From Prolixibacteraceae bacterium (GTDB taxonomy: Bacteria; Bacteroidota; Bacteroidia; Bacteroidales; Prolixibacteraceae), in assembly GCA_023229575.1 (NCBI GenBank), contig JALNYZ010000009.1:69581-133580 (forward strand): a stretch of 64,000 nucleotides of DNA, read 5' to 3'. Every line of letters begins with the position of its first letter. The first letter of the stretch is position 1. The notes under the pieces were generated by a model. It did not search any database and was not told the DNA's origin. It worked only from the letters and a program-made list of their open reading frames with translations. This document shows positions 33,683-44,046 of this stretch, in pieces. The translations under genes and the position numbers were made by a program.

Positions 33683-36600
33683 ATGAAAAAAGATCCAAAT
33701 GATTGCTCTTTCCTCTTGGGAAAGAGGTTAAAGATTAATTGGCTAGCTATGAAATTGTTAACGATTTTGCTCTTTACCGGTTCGATGACATTGTCGGCCA
33801 GTTCCTATTCCCAGAAGACAAAAATTGACTTGCACCTGCAAAACTCTTCATTGTCAGAAATATTTAGTTTGATTGAAAAATCGAGCGACTTTATTTTTTT
33901 CTACAATGATGAGATTTTAAATGATAAAGTCAGAAAATCGGTTTCTGTGGATGGAGAGAAGATCGAGGTAATTCTTGAGCAGTTGTTTGAGGGAACAAAT
34001 ATTGCCTACAAGATTGATGACAGGCAGGTTTTCCTATACAACAAGGATGATTTAAAATCACTTGAAACCCTCGTTTCCATTTCCTTAGTTCAACAACCTA
34101 AGAATAAGGAGGTTTCAGGAACTGTGCACGACTCAAAGGGACAACCATTGCCCGGGGCCACCATCCTGATCAAAGGGACAACCTTGGGTATTGTTACCGA
34201 TATTGATGGAAAATTCAGGTTTAATGTTCCGCTCGATGCGAAAACACTGGTAATTTCCTTTGTCGGTATGAAGTCACAGGAAATCGCGATTGCAGCGAAA
34301 AGAACTTTCGATGTTGTGCTGGCAGAGGAGACAGTTGGATTGGAAGAGGTAGTGGCTGTGGGGTACAGCATTCAAAAGAAGGAGTCTGTTGTAGGCGCCA
34401 TCTCACAAGTAAATAATGCTGCATTGATGCAGTCAGGATCCCCCAATATTACCAGTTCCTTGTCGGGTAAGCTTTCTGGTGTTTTGACCATACAGCAAAC
34501 CGGCTTACCCGGACAAAGTCAATCTGAAATTATTATCCGGGGTTTGTCCAGTTGGAGTGGTTCAGCGCCATTGATCCTGATTGACGGTGTCGAACGTGAT
34601 TTTCAGGATATGGATCCCAATGAAGTCAATACGATTTCGGTGTTGAAGGATGCGTCTGCCACTGCAGTATTCGGATCCAAAGGCGCCAATGGGGTTATTC
34701 TTGTAACCACCAAACGTGGGAAATTGGGCAAGCCTCAAATTACTTTTACAGGTTCTGCAGGGGTTGAGTCAGCCACAAGATTGCCCTCCTTTGTTGATTC
34801 ATACACCACCTTGTCAATGATGAATGTTGCCAGGATGAATTCTCAGAGGTTCAAAGAACTGACCCCGCAAAATATCCTCAATGAATACCGTAATCCTTCC
34901 TCCCCGTTAAAAGCAATTCAATATCCGAGTGTCGATTGGATCGGTATGCTTACCAAACCATTTGCCCCATCGGCCAATTCCAACCTTAGTGTTACCGGTG
35001 GTACAGAGTTTGTAAAATATTTTTTGATGCTTGGGGACCAGTATGAAGGCAGTTTATTAAAATATGCAAAAAGTGGATATTCTGATGCCAATTATTGGTT
35101 TCACCGGTTTAATTACCGGGCCAATCTGGATTTCACCCTCTCCAAAACAACTCAGTTGTCGCTCAACATAGGAGGCGAAGTAGGGATTAGAAACCAGCCA
35201 ACCGAAGCCTTTTATGGTGACTGGAAAGACTTCTATGGTGCAGCGGTAAGCGATTTCCCCGCAAATTATCCCGATTGGGTATTGAAACAGATTCCGGATA
35301 CCGACTATCCCAATGCCACTGGTTTAAGGAGAGCGGCCACTACCGGAAGCTTCATTCTGAATCCATGGAGCAACGTAAACACAGGTTCTTTCTCACGATC
35401 TTTGGATTCTAAGTTGTTTACCGACCTTGTTTTGGACCAAAAACTCGACTTTATTACGAAAGGGTTATCATTGAAAGGTAAAGTCGCGCTAAATACTTAC
35501 TACAATCACCAGATATTGTATGCCAATTACACCAACCCAGCCTATCGGATCATCTGGTCCAGGGTAGGAGTGGACGCGAATGGCGATGGAATTGTTGATC
35601 AAAACCCCTGGGAACGGGATGGACAGGGCCAGGAATATTATACCCCGCCCAAACTGGATATGAATGTAGGAGGATTGACCGGTAGTTATTACTACGATCG
35701 TTATTTCGAGGGCTCCTTAAATTACAGCAATACTTTCGGGAAACATTCTGTTACAGGATTGGCGCTGATCAATTTTCAGGAAAAAGACCGTGGAACAGAA
35801 TTCCCCTACTACAATGAAGCGCTCGTTGGCAGGGCAACTTACGATTATTCACATAAATATTTTGCTGAGATTAACATCGGATATACCGGCTCTGAAAGGT
35901 TTGCACCAAGTAACCGATTCGGGTTCTTTCCTTCAGGCGCCATCGGATGGACCATCTCAGAGGAGAAATTCTTTAAAAATAACGTAGCCTGGATGAACAA
36001 GCTGAAGTTGCGCTACTCCGACGGAGTGGTTGGTAGTGATTACGCCGCTAGCCGATGGCTTTACAAGAGCGATTTCTATTTAGACTATGCAGGAATTGTC
36101 ACTGAAGACAAAGGTGCAAATACTTCTGCCCAGTGGGAAGAGGCAAGGAAAAGGGACCTGGGGATCGAAATAGGTATTTTCAAGAACCGTTTCACATTCA
36201 GTGTGGATTTGTTCGACGAACAGCGTTCTAAAATGCTGATGACGCCGTTGAGTACAACCTTCCTGATTGGCAATTCATTTAAAGACCTGAACATTGGCCG
36301 TATAAAAAAACATGGAATAGAAGTTGAGGCTGAGTACAATAATACGACGGCCAACAATATCAACTATTTTATTAAGGGAAACTTTTCGTTCAATGAAAAC
36401 CGCATTTTATTCAGGGACGATCCGGTTTATGCCCCCGACTATACCAAGGCTGCGGGTAAACCCTTGGGCGCCCAATTAAATGGGGAGACACTGACCGGTA
36501 CCGGATATTTTACCTCAGTGGATGACGTACACATCAATCCTTCCCCAATCGCATTGGAGAAACTTTATGTAGGCGATTATAAATTTTTGGATTACAATGC

Positions 36601-37153
36601 TGATGGGATTGTCAGTAGTGCAGACGGTCATGCCATCAAAGGTCAGGCTTATGCACCGATTACCTATTCTTTCTCAACCGGGTTTAGTTACAAAGGATTT
36701 AATTTAAGTATCATGTTCCAGGGGAACTATGGTAAGAACATACAAATGAGCCCGGTTAGTGAGATGGAATTTTATACCGGTCAACCCCGGGTGCACATGT
36801 CACAAATGGATTATTGGAGACCCGACAACCAGGATGCAACCCATTCTACATTGCGTATCAGCGCTTCCGAGGCGGGCGATATCATTTATACATGGGGGCC
36901 GCTTTTGCAGGACCGGTTGTGGAGGAATGCCTCTTACCTGCGGTTAAAGGAGATTTATGCCGGCTACAATATCAATTCAGGTTTGATCAAGCGATTGACA
37001 GGCATATCAGGGATGCTTGTCTATGCCAATGCCACCAATGTGCTGACATTTACCAAGTTGCTCAAAGAGTGGGACCCTGAAGTCAAAAGTATAGGCACGG
37101 GATGGTATCCCCAGTTAAGCCGTTACAATCTTGGTGTGAAGTTTACTTTCTAA
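33683..37153 (+). CDS. SusC/RagA-family TonB-dependent transporter with STN domain
   Basis: 1156 aa. STN (SYSQKTKIDLHLQNSSLSEIFSLIEKSSDFIFFY), CarboxypepD_reg (VSGTVHDSKGQPLPGATILIKGTTLG), a plug (ISVLKDASATAVFGSKGANGVILVTTKRG), and an ending in ...NLGVKFTF. Confidence 0.95.
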   Translation: MKKDPNDCSFLLGKRLKINWLAMKLLTILLFTGSMTLSASSYSQKTKIDLHLQNSSLSEIFSLIEKSSDFIFFYNDEILNDKVRKSVSVDGEKIEVILEQLFEGTNIAYKIDDRQVFLYNKDDLKSLETLVSISLVQQPKNKEVSGTVHDSKGQPLPGATILIKGTTLGIVTDIDGKFRFNVPLDAKTLVISFVGMKSQEIAIAAKRTFDVVLAEETVGLEEVVAVGYSIQKKESVVGAISQVNNAALMQSGSPNITSSLSGKLSGVLTIQQTGLPGQSQSEIIIRGLSSWSGSAPLILIDGVERDFQDMDPNEVNTISVLKDASATAVFGSKGANGVILVTTKRGKLGKPQITFTGSAGVESATRLPSFVDSYTTLSMMNVARMNSQRFKELTPQNILNEYRNPSSPLKAIQYPSVDWIGMLTKPFAPSANSNLSVTGGTEFVKYFLMLGDQYEGSLLKYAKSGYSDANYWFHRFNYRANLDFTLSKTTQLSLNIGGEVGIRNQPTEAFYGDWKDFYGAAVSDFPANYPDWVLKQIPDTDYPNATGLRRAATTGSFILNPWSNVNTGSFSRSLDSKLFTDLVLDQKLDFITKGLSLKGKVALNTYYNHQILYANYTNPAYRIIWSRVGVDANGDGIVDQNPWERDGQGQEYYTPPKLDMNVGGLTGSYYYDRYFEGSLNYSNTFGKHSVTGLALINFQEKDRGTEFPYYNEALVGRATYDYSHKYFAEINIGYTGSERFAPSNRFGFFPSGAIGWTISEEKFFKNNVAWMNKLKLRYSDGVVGSDYAASRWLYKSDFYLDYAGIVTEDKGANTSAQWEEARKRDLGIEIGIFKNRFTFSVDLFDEQRSKMLMTPLSTTFLIGNSFKDLNIGRIKKHGIEVEAEYNNTTANNINYFIKGNFSFNENRILFRDDPVYAPDYTKAAGKPLGAQLNGETLTGTGYFTSVDDVHINPSPIALEKLYVGDYKFLDYNADGIVSSADGHAIKGQAYAPITYSFSTGFSYKGFNLSIMFQGNYGKNIQMSPVSEMEFYTGQPRVHMSQMDYWRPDNQDATHSTLRISASEAGDIIYTWGPLLQDRLWRNASYLRLKEIYAGYNINSGLIKRLTGISGMLVYANATNVLTFTKLLKEWDPEVKSIGTGWYPQLSRYNLGVKFTF

Positions 37154-37173
37154 ATTTCTAAAATTCGACAACC

Positions 37174-39030
37174 ATGAAAAAATCAATCATATTATTATGT
37201 ACAGGGCTTTTTTTAATATTCATCAGCTCGTGCAAAGATTACCTGGATAAGTCCCCCGAATCCACCTTCACCGAGGAAGATGTATTTTCGAACTACAGTA
37301 CCTTTAAAACTTATTTTGACGGGCTATACAAGGGGAAAACAGGGCGCAATACGACCGCGACCAATTACTCAAACAACACCAATATTTTTGTCAATTTCAG
37401 CTTGTACTTTGGAGGTATTCCCAGGCATTTCAGTCAGGAACAGATGACCGATATGAGTGATGCCGGTTGGATCAGGGAAAATGCATCCATCAAAGGGGGG
37501 AGTTTAGGGACCAATATCAGCCTTTTTTATGATGACGGTTTCCAGCGCCCCATTTTTAAAACCTCGTTCCATACGCTAAGGATTGCCAACATGGCCTTGG
37601 AGAAAGTACATCTGCTGAAAGATGTCAAACAGGAAGAGATTGATGATATTCTGGCACAATCGCATTTCTGCAGGGCATTTTCCCATTTTGCCCTGTTCCG
37701 TTACTGGGGACCCATGCCTTACATTACTAAGGTAATAGGGCCCGATGACCAATGGGACATTCCACGTCTGTCGAAATACGAAACATGCCGTAAAATTTGC
37801 GCCGATTTGGATACAGCCGCTACCATTTTTGAAAAAATTCACCTGATGCGAAGGGATGTTGCAGGGGTTGGCGAAGTAGGGCACCTTAGCAGTCCGGATC
37901 AGTTTCGTCCGAGCGGGGCATTGTGTAAAGCGCTGAAAGGACGCGTATTGTTGTATGCCGCCAGTCCATTGAACAATAAAAATGGCGTGAAAGACTGGGA
38001 AGATGCGGCCAAAGCCAATTGGGAAGCAATACAAATTGCCCTACAAAACGGTTATTTTCTGTTACCCAAGAAAGATTATCAATTAAATTGGGTTGGATCA
38101 AATTATACGGACGAATCGCTTTGGTCATGGACTCCGGGCTTATTGAAACATGACGATCAAATGCTTACTTTCCTGAGCAATGGCGTTTTCTCAGCTTCAG
38201 CAAATGTTGCAGGGGATAGTCCTACTCAAAATTGTGTAGATAAATTTGAAACCGCATGGGGCGACCCGCTCGATACACAGGCAGACAGGGATGCTGCTAC
38301 CGCGCTTGGCCATTACAAGGAACAGGATCCATACAAGAACAGGGAGCCCCGTTTCTATATCGATATCATGTACAACGAAGCGCCGATTCCGGGTTATGTA
38401 ACGGCCAAGATCTATACGCAGACCGTAAATGGTGTGATTACCTATTCGGAACTTCTGGATCAAAAATATCCGGGTATTACCTCTACAGGTTATTATGAGC
38501 GAAAACTTTGGGGTGGGCAAAGTGTGAAGAATAACATTGCGGTCATGCATTCTGACCCATTCATACGCTTGGCAGAACTTTATCTGAATTATGCCGAAGC
38601 TGCGAACGAAGCGTACGGGCCCAATACGCCTGCCCCTGGCGCTACCCTTACAGCGGTTCAGGCCATTAACCTTGTAAGGCAAAGGATTGGACACGTTGAT
38701 GTTCAGTCCAGGTTTACTACAAGCACAGAGGTTTTCAGGCCGAGGATCAAAAACGAACGTACCATTGAGTTGGCCTTCGAAGGGCACTACTATTTCGACG
38801 AAAGAAGATGGATGGATGCCCCGGTCGCAATGGGTGGCCCGCTGATGGGCATGGCTATCGAAAAAGTACCGGTCAGTTCGACCTATCCGATCGGTTACAA
38901 ACACACGCGTGTACCTTTAAATGCAACCCGTCAGAGCACGTGGAAACCTGAAATGTATTATTTGCCTTTCAGACAAGCCGATTATTTTAAGATGAAAAAA
39001 TTCGATGCCACACTAAACCCACGTTGGTAA
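37174..39030 (+). CDS. SusD/RagB-family lipoprotein
   Basis: Lipobox IFISSC followed by KDYLDKSPES. C-terminal motifs LAELYLNYAEAANEAYG and IKNERTIELAFEGHYYFDERRW. Confidence 0.9.
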   Translation: MKKSIILLCTGLFLIFISSCKDYLDKSPESTFTEEDVFSNYSTFKTYFDGLYKGKTGRNTTATNYSNNTNIFVNFSLYFGGIPRHFSQEQMTDMSDAGWIRENASIKGGSLGTNISLFYDDGFQRPIFKTSFHTLRIANMALEKVHLLKDVKQEEIDDILAQSHFCRAFSHFALFRYWGPMPYITKVIGPDDQWDIPRLSKYETCRKICADLDTAATIFEKIHLMRRDVAGVGEVGHLSSPDQFRPSGALCKALKGRVLLYAASPLNNKNGVKDWEDAAKANWEAIQIALQNGYFLLPKKDYQLNWVGSNYTDESLWSWTPGLLKHDDQMLTFLSNGVFSASANVAGDSPTQNCVDKFETAWGDPLDTQADRDAATALGHYKEQDPYKNREPRFYIDIMYNEAPIPGYVTAKIYTQTVNGVITYSELLDQKYPGITSTGYYERKLWGGQSVKNNIAVMHSDPFIRLAELYLNYAEAANEAYGPNTPAPGATLTAVQAINLVRQRIGHVDVQSRFTTSTEVFRPRIKNERTIELAFEGHYYFDERRWMDAPVAMGGPLMGMAIEKVPVSSTYPIGYKHTRVPLNATRQSTWKPEMYYLPFRQADYFKMKKFDATLNPRW

Positions 39031-39046
39031 CTTAAAACTTTTAAAA

Positions 39047-42000
39047 ATGAATAATTTAAGATTTCATCATATTTCACTTCAAGAAATAAGGTTTTTCTGT
39101 GTGCTTCTCATCTGTGTTATTTTAACCGGATCAATATATGCACAAAACAGACCTGATAAAAAGACCCAAACTATAAGCGTTAGCCTAAAAGTTGTTGACG
39201 ATAAAGGAGTTCCGGTCCCTAATGCTAAGGTTGTAGTAGGTGAAGGGTTGGTTCATTCCTACACCAATGAAAATGGAGCAAGTACCTTCTCAGCCAATTC
39301 AGGCAAAATTGTTACAATATCTGCACCCGGATATGAGAAAAATGTGTCGACAGTTCAATATATTGTAAAGAACAATACCATCCAGCTTTTGAAATCCGGA
39401 CTCTTTCTGACCTCTGGTGACAACGTTCCGCTTCCATTCAATACAGGAAAGAAACGGTTCATGACCGGCAGCGCAAATACACTCACAAGTGACCAGTTGG
39501 AGAAATATCCTTCCAATGACCTGCGCAACGCGTTTACGGGCCTTGTTCCCGGGCTTCTGGTAAATGAGTTCAATGGATCACCCGGCTTAAGCGCAGAAGA
39601 AAGACTCGGGAATTACGGTATTACCAGTAAAATAGGTGTTGGGGCCAGGGGACGCAGTATGATGTATATTATTGATGATGTTCCTACGGATATCACCGAG
39701 ATGTCGCTCGATCCCCAGGAAATTGAATCGGTAACGATCATCAAGGATATTGTTGGGAAAGCCATGTACGGACCCATTGCCGCGGACGGTGTTATATTCA
39801 TCAAAACCAAACGGGGAAGCAAAAACGAACGCCTTTTGAAAGTTAACGTTGAAGATGGCGTAAGTGTAATCGATAGATTTCCGGGGATGACCTCCGGGAC
39901 CGATTATGCCCGGCTCAACAACTCGGCAAGGCAAAATGACGGATTGGCGGCATTGTACTCTGATCAGGATATTGCAGCGTATGCAAAAAACAATCCCTAT
40001 GACATGTACCACCCAAGTAGTAATTTCAGGGATTTGATGCTTAAAAATGCCAAGTCTTTCAAAAGGGTCAATGTCTCTTCTAGCGGAGGCAACGATGTGG
40101 TACAATATTCGGCCTATATAGGTTACGATGGGGAAGGCGATATTTACAAGATCGGCGCTACCGCGGACTATAACCGGCTCAATGTCCGTTCGAACATTGA
40201 TGTGAAGATCAACGAGGATTTCAATGTTCAGTTTGGCATTTCCGCCGGCCTTACCAACCGGCGTTCCCCAAATTATGGATATTCAACCAGTGAGGGTACA
40301 ACCACATCATTGATAGAATTTGATTCGGCTTTGTCCGATATGAACAATACCCCGCCCAATGCTTTCCCGGTATATGCCAACAACGATCCTTCCTTGAAAT
40401 TCCCATGGTTCGGAGTCAGCCCCGTTTACAAAGTGAACCCCATCGGTAATTTGATTGGTCAGGGCTATTTTACAGAAACAGGCAGAAAGGGGTCGGCAAA
40501 TATCGCTGTCAACTATGATTTTTCCAAACTGATTAAGGGGCTTACCTCACAAACCTCATTTGGTTTTGATGTATACGATCTAATACGGCTTGGGAAAGCC
40601 CAGGATTACATTGCCTATATTGCTTCACCTTCGAAAACTCCTGCCGGCAATGATACGATCTTACTGGCAAAGGCGCACAATGGTGTCGTTTCGGCCGATC
40701 TGATCAATTTGCATGATTACTATTATCAGAAATTTAGTTTTTTTGAAAAGCTAAGCTACCAAAAATCTTTTGGCGTTCATGATATACAGTCTACCTTGAC
40801 TTATTTGATATACAAAGCGTCAAGAAATGGAATTGAAGAACCTGAACGTCAACAGAATGGGGTATGGACTGTTAACTATACCAACAACGACAAATACATC
40901 CTTAAGGGAGTATTGAATTATGCAGGCACCTATACTTTGGACAAATCACAAAGAACCAAATTTTTCCCATCCATTGGCGCCGGTTGGATTATCTCCGAAG
41001 AAAGTTTTATGTCTGACCTGAAATTTGTAAATTTTCTGAAGCTTAGGGCCGAAGCAGGGATCCTTGGTTATGAAAACTTCATGACACCATTTCTTTACAG
41101 GGACAGATGGTTGTATGGAAACGGTTCTAATTTCGGCCCTTATACCACTGGTACCAAATGGTTTGGAACAACCCAGAGTACCCCTACGGTAGTCTATCCA
41201 AGCAGAATTGCCAATCCAGGCATTACATGGGAAACAAGAAAAGAATTTAGCATTGGGTTAGACGCTTTGATGGCCAATAATAAATTGTTATTGGAATTGA
41301 CCTATTACAACAATCTTCGTGATGGGATTGTTACCCAGTTACCAAATTCGATGCCATATGTTGCAGGTATTTCAGCAGCCTTACCCTGGTTTAATTTCAA
41401 TCAGACAAAGTACTTTGGAATAGAATCTAAATTACAGTTTACCGATAAGGCAGGAAAATTGGAATATTCATTTGGAGGTAATGCGACCCTACAGAATTCT
41501 AAAATCGAAAAATACGATGAGCCTGCATATAGATTTAATTATCAGTTTACTAAGGGTAGGCCTGCCGATGCATACTGGGGGTTGACATACTTGGGTAAAT
41601 TCCAAACGGATGCGGAGACAAAGGTAATTCCTCAAATTTATGACGAAGTACTTAAAAAGGGAGACCTGAAATACAAGGATATGAATAATGACGGCGTGAT
41701 TGATGACAATGACAGGACAGTTATTGGACATACGACTCCCCGTATTTTTTATGCCCTCAATGCCAGTTTAAAGTACAAAAACTTTGAACTAACCCTTATT
41801 GGCACTGGCGCTGCACTATATGATATTCCAAGGACAAATAGCTATTTCATGAGTGGATGGGGTGACAATAACTATTCAAATTTTGTCAAAGACAATATTG
41901 GCGGGGCCTATCCCAGGTTAACCTATTACAAAGTGAACAACAATTTTGTAGCTTCCGATTTCTGGCTTACCAAGGGAGGTTATTTTAAACTGCAGAATGT

Positions 42001-42193
42001 TGAATTGGCCTATAATATTTCAGACAAAAAATTAAATAAAATCGGTTCACAAGGGATTCGGTTATTTGTACGCGGGGCCAATTTGTTAACGATATCAAAA
42101 GTCAGAGATGTTGACCCTGAATCGATTAATTCCGGCGTAACCATGTATCCGTTGTTCAAAACTTTCACGGGCGGAGTTAAATTAACCTTTTAA
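39047..42193 (+). CDS. SusC/RagA-family TonB-dependent transporter without STN domain (second of a tandem pair)
   Basis: 1048 aa. The signal peptide runs directly into a CarboxypepD_reg-like domain (SLKVVDDKGVPVPNAKVVVGEG), then a plug (IESVTIIKDIVGKAMYGPIAADGVIFIKTKRG). It ends ...TGGVKLTF. Confidence 0.9.
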   Translation: MNNLRFHHISLQEIRFFCVLLICVILTGSIYAQNRPDKKTQTISVSLKVVDDKGVPVPNAKVVVGEGLVHSYTNENGASTFSANSGKIVTISAPGYEKNVSTVQYIVKNNTIQLLKSGLFLTSGDNVPLPFNTGKKRFMTGSANTLTSDQLEKYPSNDLRNAFTGLVPGLLVNEFNGSPGLSAEERLGNYGITSKIGVGARGRSMMYIIDDVPTDITEMSLDPQEIESVTIIKDIVGKAMYGPIAADGVIFIKTKRGSKNERLLKVNVEDGVSVIDRFPGMTSGTDYARLNNSARQNDGLAALYSDQDIAAYAKNNPYDMYHPSSNFRDLMLKNAKSFKRVNVSSSGGNDVVQYSAYIGYDGEGDIYKIGATADYNRLNVRSNIDVKINEDFNVQFGISAGLTNRRSPNYGYSTSEGTTTSLIEFDSALSDMNNTPPNAFPVYANNDPSLKFPWFGVSPVYKVNPIGNLIGQGYFTETGRKGSANIAVNYDFSKLIKGLTSQTSFGFDVYDLIRLGKAQDYIAYIASPSKTPAGNDTILLAKAHNGVVSADLINLHDYYYQKFSFFEKLSYQKSFGVHDIQSTLTYLIYKASRNGIEEPERQQNGVWTVNYTNNDKYILKGVLNYAGTYTLDKSQRTKFFPSIGAGWIISEESFMSDLKFVNFLKLRAEAGILGYENFMTPFLYRDRWLYGNGSNFGPYTTGTKWFGTTQSTPTVVYPSRIANPGITWETRKEFSIGLDALMANNKLLLELTYYNNLRDGIVTQLPNSMPYVAGISAALPWFNFNQTKYFGIESKLQFTDKAGKLEYSFGGNATLQNSKIEKYDEPAYRFNYQFTKGRPADAYWGLTYLGKFQTDAETKVIPQIYDEVLKKGDLKYKDMNNDGVIDDNDRTVIGHTTPRIFYALNASLKYKNFELTLIGTGAALYDIPRTNSYFMSGWGDNNYSNFVKDNIGGAYPRLTYYKVNNNFVASDFWLTKGGYFKLQNVELAYNISDKKLNKIGSQGIRLFVRGANLLTISKVRDVDPESINSGVTMYPLFKTFTGGVKLTF

Positions 42194-42205
42194 TCTAGAC
42201 ACATT

Positions 42206-44026
42206 ATGAATACAAAAGTACTATTACAAATAGGGTTGATTATTGTGCTGATAAGTTCATGTAAAAATTACCTTGAACCCTTTCCAAACGGCGATCGCTC
42301 GAGCGAAGATATCTGGAAATACCAGGAGAATATTCAGGGACTGGTAGGCCGGTGTTATGATAATATGGCCAGAAACTACAATGACAACGAAGGTGCCTAT
42401 CTGGATGGGGCAACAGACAATGCGGAGATAACAAGTACGGTTAATGCATTGCACAGACTGGCAACCGGAACAATGACCACAGGACAGGATCCATTCCTAA
42501 CCTATTGGAACAGGGATTATCAATCCATCTACCTGGTCAATCTGTTTCTGAAAGACCGACGCGGATACAATACACCTTTCATAATTGATCAACGCATGAA
42601 TGACCTTGTGCGCCGCAGGTTGCAGGGCGAAGCATTTGCCCTGCGCGCATGGTTCCAATGGGACCTGCTCCAGAAATTCGGCGGTGAAGGGATGGATGGG
42701 AAGATGCTTGGATTCCCGATCATTACTACCCCGGTCGACCCTAACGGCCAAATTAATTTTGCCCGAAATACATATGACGAATGCGTTGCGCAGATTATTG
42801 CCGATTGTGATTCCGCTTACAAATACCTTCCAATAGCGCATCGTGACTTTCTAGTAACTGTTCCGGGAGATCTTCTCTATGCGGGTGGCAAATATTGGGG
42901 CCGCATGGATGGGATTACCACACGTGCCATTAAGGCCAATGTTTATTTAACATGGGCAAGCCCGCGGTTTAATCCCGGCAACAATATTGCCCGTTGGGAT
43001 TCTGCCGCAGTCAATGCAAAGAAAGTAATGGATTTTAAATTGACAAGGGACAATGTCACAGGTGGGTTTAACCCTGTTAATGCGGTAAACTGGTTCGATC
43101 CAATGTTTGCCGGTGTTGTGTTTCCTTCACGTTGGGTGGCAACGAACGAAGATATGGAGAAAATGTTTTACCCGGGCGGGTTCCAGGGAAATGGTGTGAT
43201 TGGCGCTACCCAGGACCTGGTCAATGCATTCCCGATGGCAAACGGATATCCGATAGATGATCCGGCAAACCGAGGTTTTTATAATCCGGCAAACCCTTAT
43301 GCAGGGCGTGATCCCAGGTTTTACAGCACCATTTTTTACAACACTGCCCAGTCCAAGAAAAATAATACCGGTGTCTTGATGTATACTTTCGAGAATTGGT
43401 CCAATGGAGGTAAAGATGCGGCAGGGGTAAAATCCAGCAACAGTCTGACCAACTATCATATCAAGAAGTTTGTTTACATGGGTTTAAACTGGTCCGATCC
43501 AACGATCAGCAGGCTACCCCATACCAAATTTTTTGTTCGCTGGGCGCATATGTGCCTCGCATTCGCCGAAGCTGCCAATCAGGTTGTCGGACCAACTGAT
43601 GCTTCAAAGTACGGAATGTCGGCAAAAACGGCGATTCAATACATTCGTGCAAGGAAGACGCCCGATGGTGCAACCGGACTCTCCCCTGTAGTTCCAGGGA
43701 ATTCAGACGCATACCTTACTGAAGTTGCGGCTAACGGAAAAACGGCTTTTGATGTGCTAGTCAAAAACGAGCGAAGGATTGAAACCTGTTTCGAAGGAAT
43801 GCGGTTCTTCGACTTACGCCGTTGGACTACAGACCTAACTGAGCTAAATAAAGCTATACATGGCGCCAGCATCACACTAAATTCGGATGGAAAAACGTTT
43901 AGTTACGATTTGAATTATCAGGTTGGGAACCGTACCTATCTGTCTGCTTACCTGCCGATACCTTACAATGAAATATTGAGGATGAGCAAATTGGTTCAGA
44001 ACAAAGGATGGGACAGTTGGAAATAA
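42206..44026 (+). CDS. SusD/RagB-family lipoprotein (second pair)
   Basis: Lipobox VLISSC followed by KNYLE. C-terminal motif VKNERRIETCFEGMRFFDLRRW. Confidence 0.9.
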   Translation: MNTKVLLQIGLIIVLISSCKNYLEPFPNGDRSSEDIWKYQENIQGLVGRCYDNMARNYNDNEGAYLDGATDNAEITSTVNALHRLATGTMTTGQDPFLTYWNRDYQSIYLVNLFLKDRRGYNTPFIIDQRMNDLVRRRLQGEAFALRAWFQWDLLQKFGGEGMDGKMLGFPIITTPVDPNGQINFARNTYDECVAQIIADCDSAYKYLPIAHRDFLVTVPGDLLYAGGKYWGRMDGITTRAIKANVYLTWASPRFNPGNNIARWDSAAVNAKKVMDFKLTRDNVTGGFNPVNAVNWFDPMFAGVVFPSRWVATNEDMEKMFYPGGFQGNGVIGATQDLVNAFPMANGYPIDDPANRGFYNPANPYAGRDPRFYSTIFYNTAQSKKNNTGVLMYTFENWSNGGKDAAGVKSSNSLTNYHIKKFVYMGLNWSDPTISRLPHTKFFVRWAHMCLAFAEAANQVVGPTDASKYGMSAKTAIQYIRARKTPDGATGLSPVVPGNSDAYLTEVAANGKTAFDVLVKNERRIETCFEGMRFFDLRRWTTDLTELNKAIHGASITLNSDGKTFSYDLNYQVGNRTYLSAYLPIPYNEILRMSKLVQNKGWDSWK

Positions 44027-44046
44027 TATATATAAAAAAGATACAC

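Noticed and set aside
38197-38904. 235-aa ORF on the minus strand
   Set aside because: It lies entirely antisense within the well-supported SusD gene (37174-39030). It has no recognisable motif and an Arg/Cys/His-rich composition typical of shadow ORFs.
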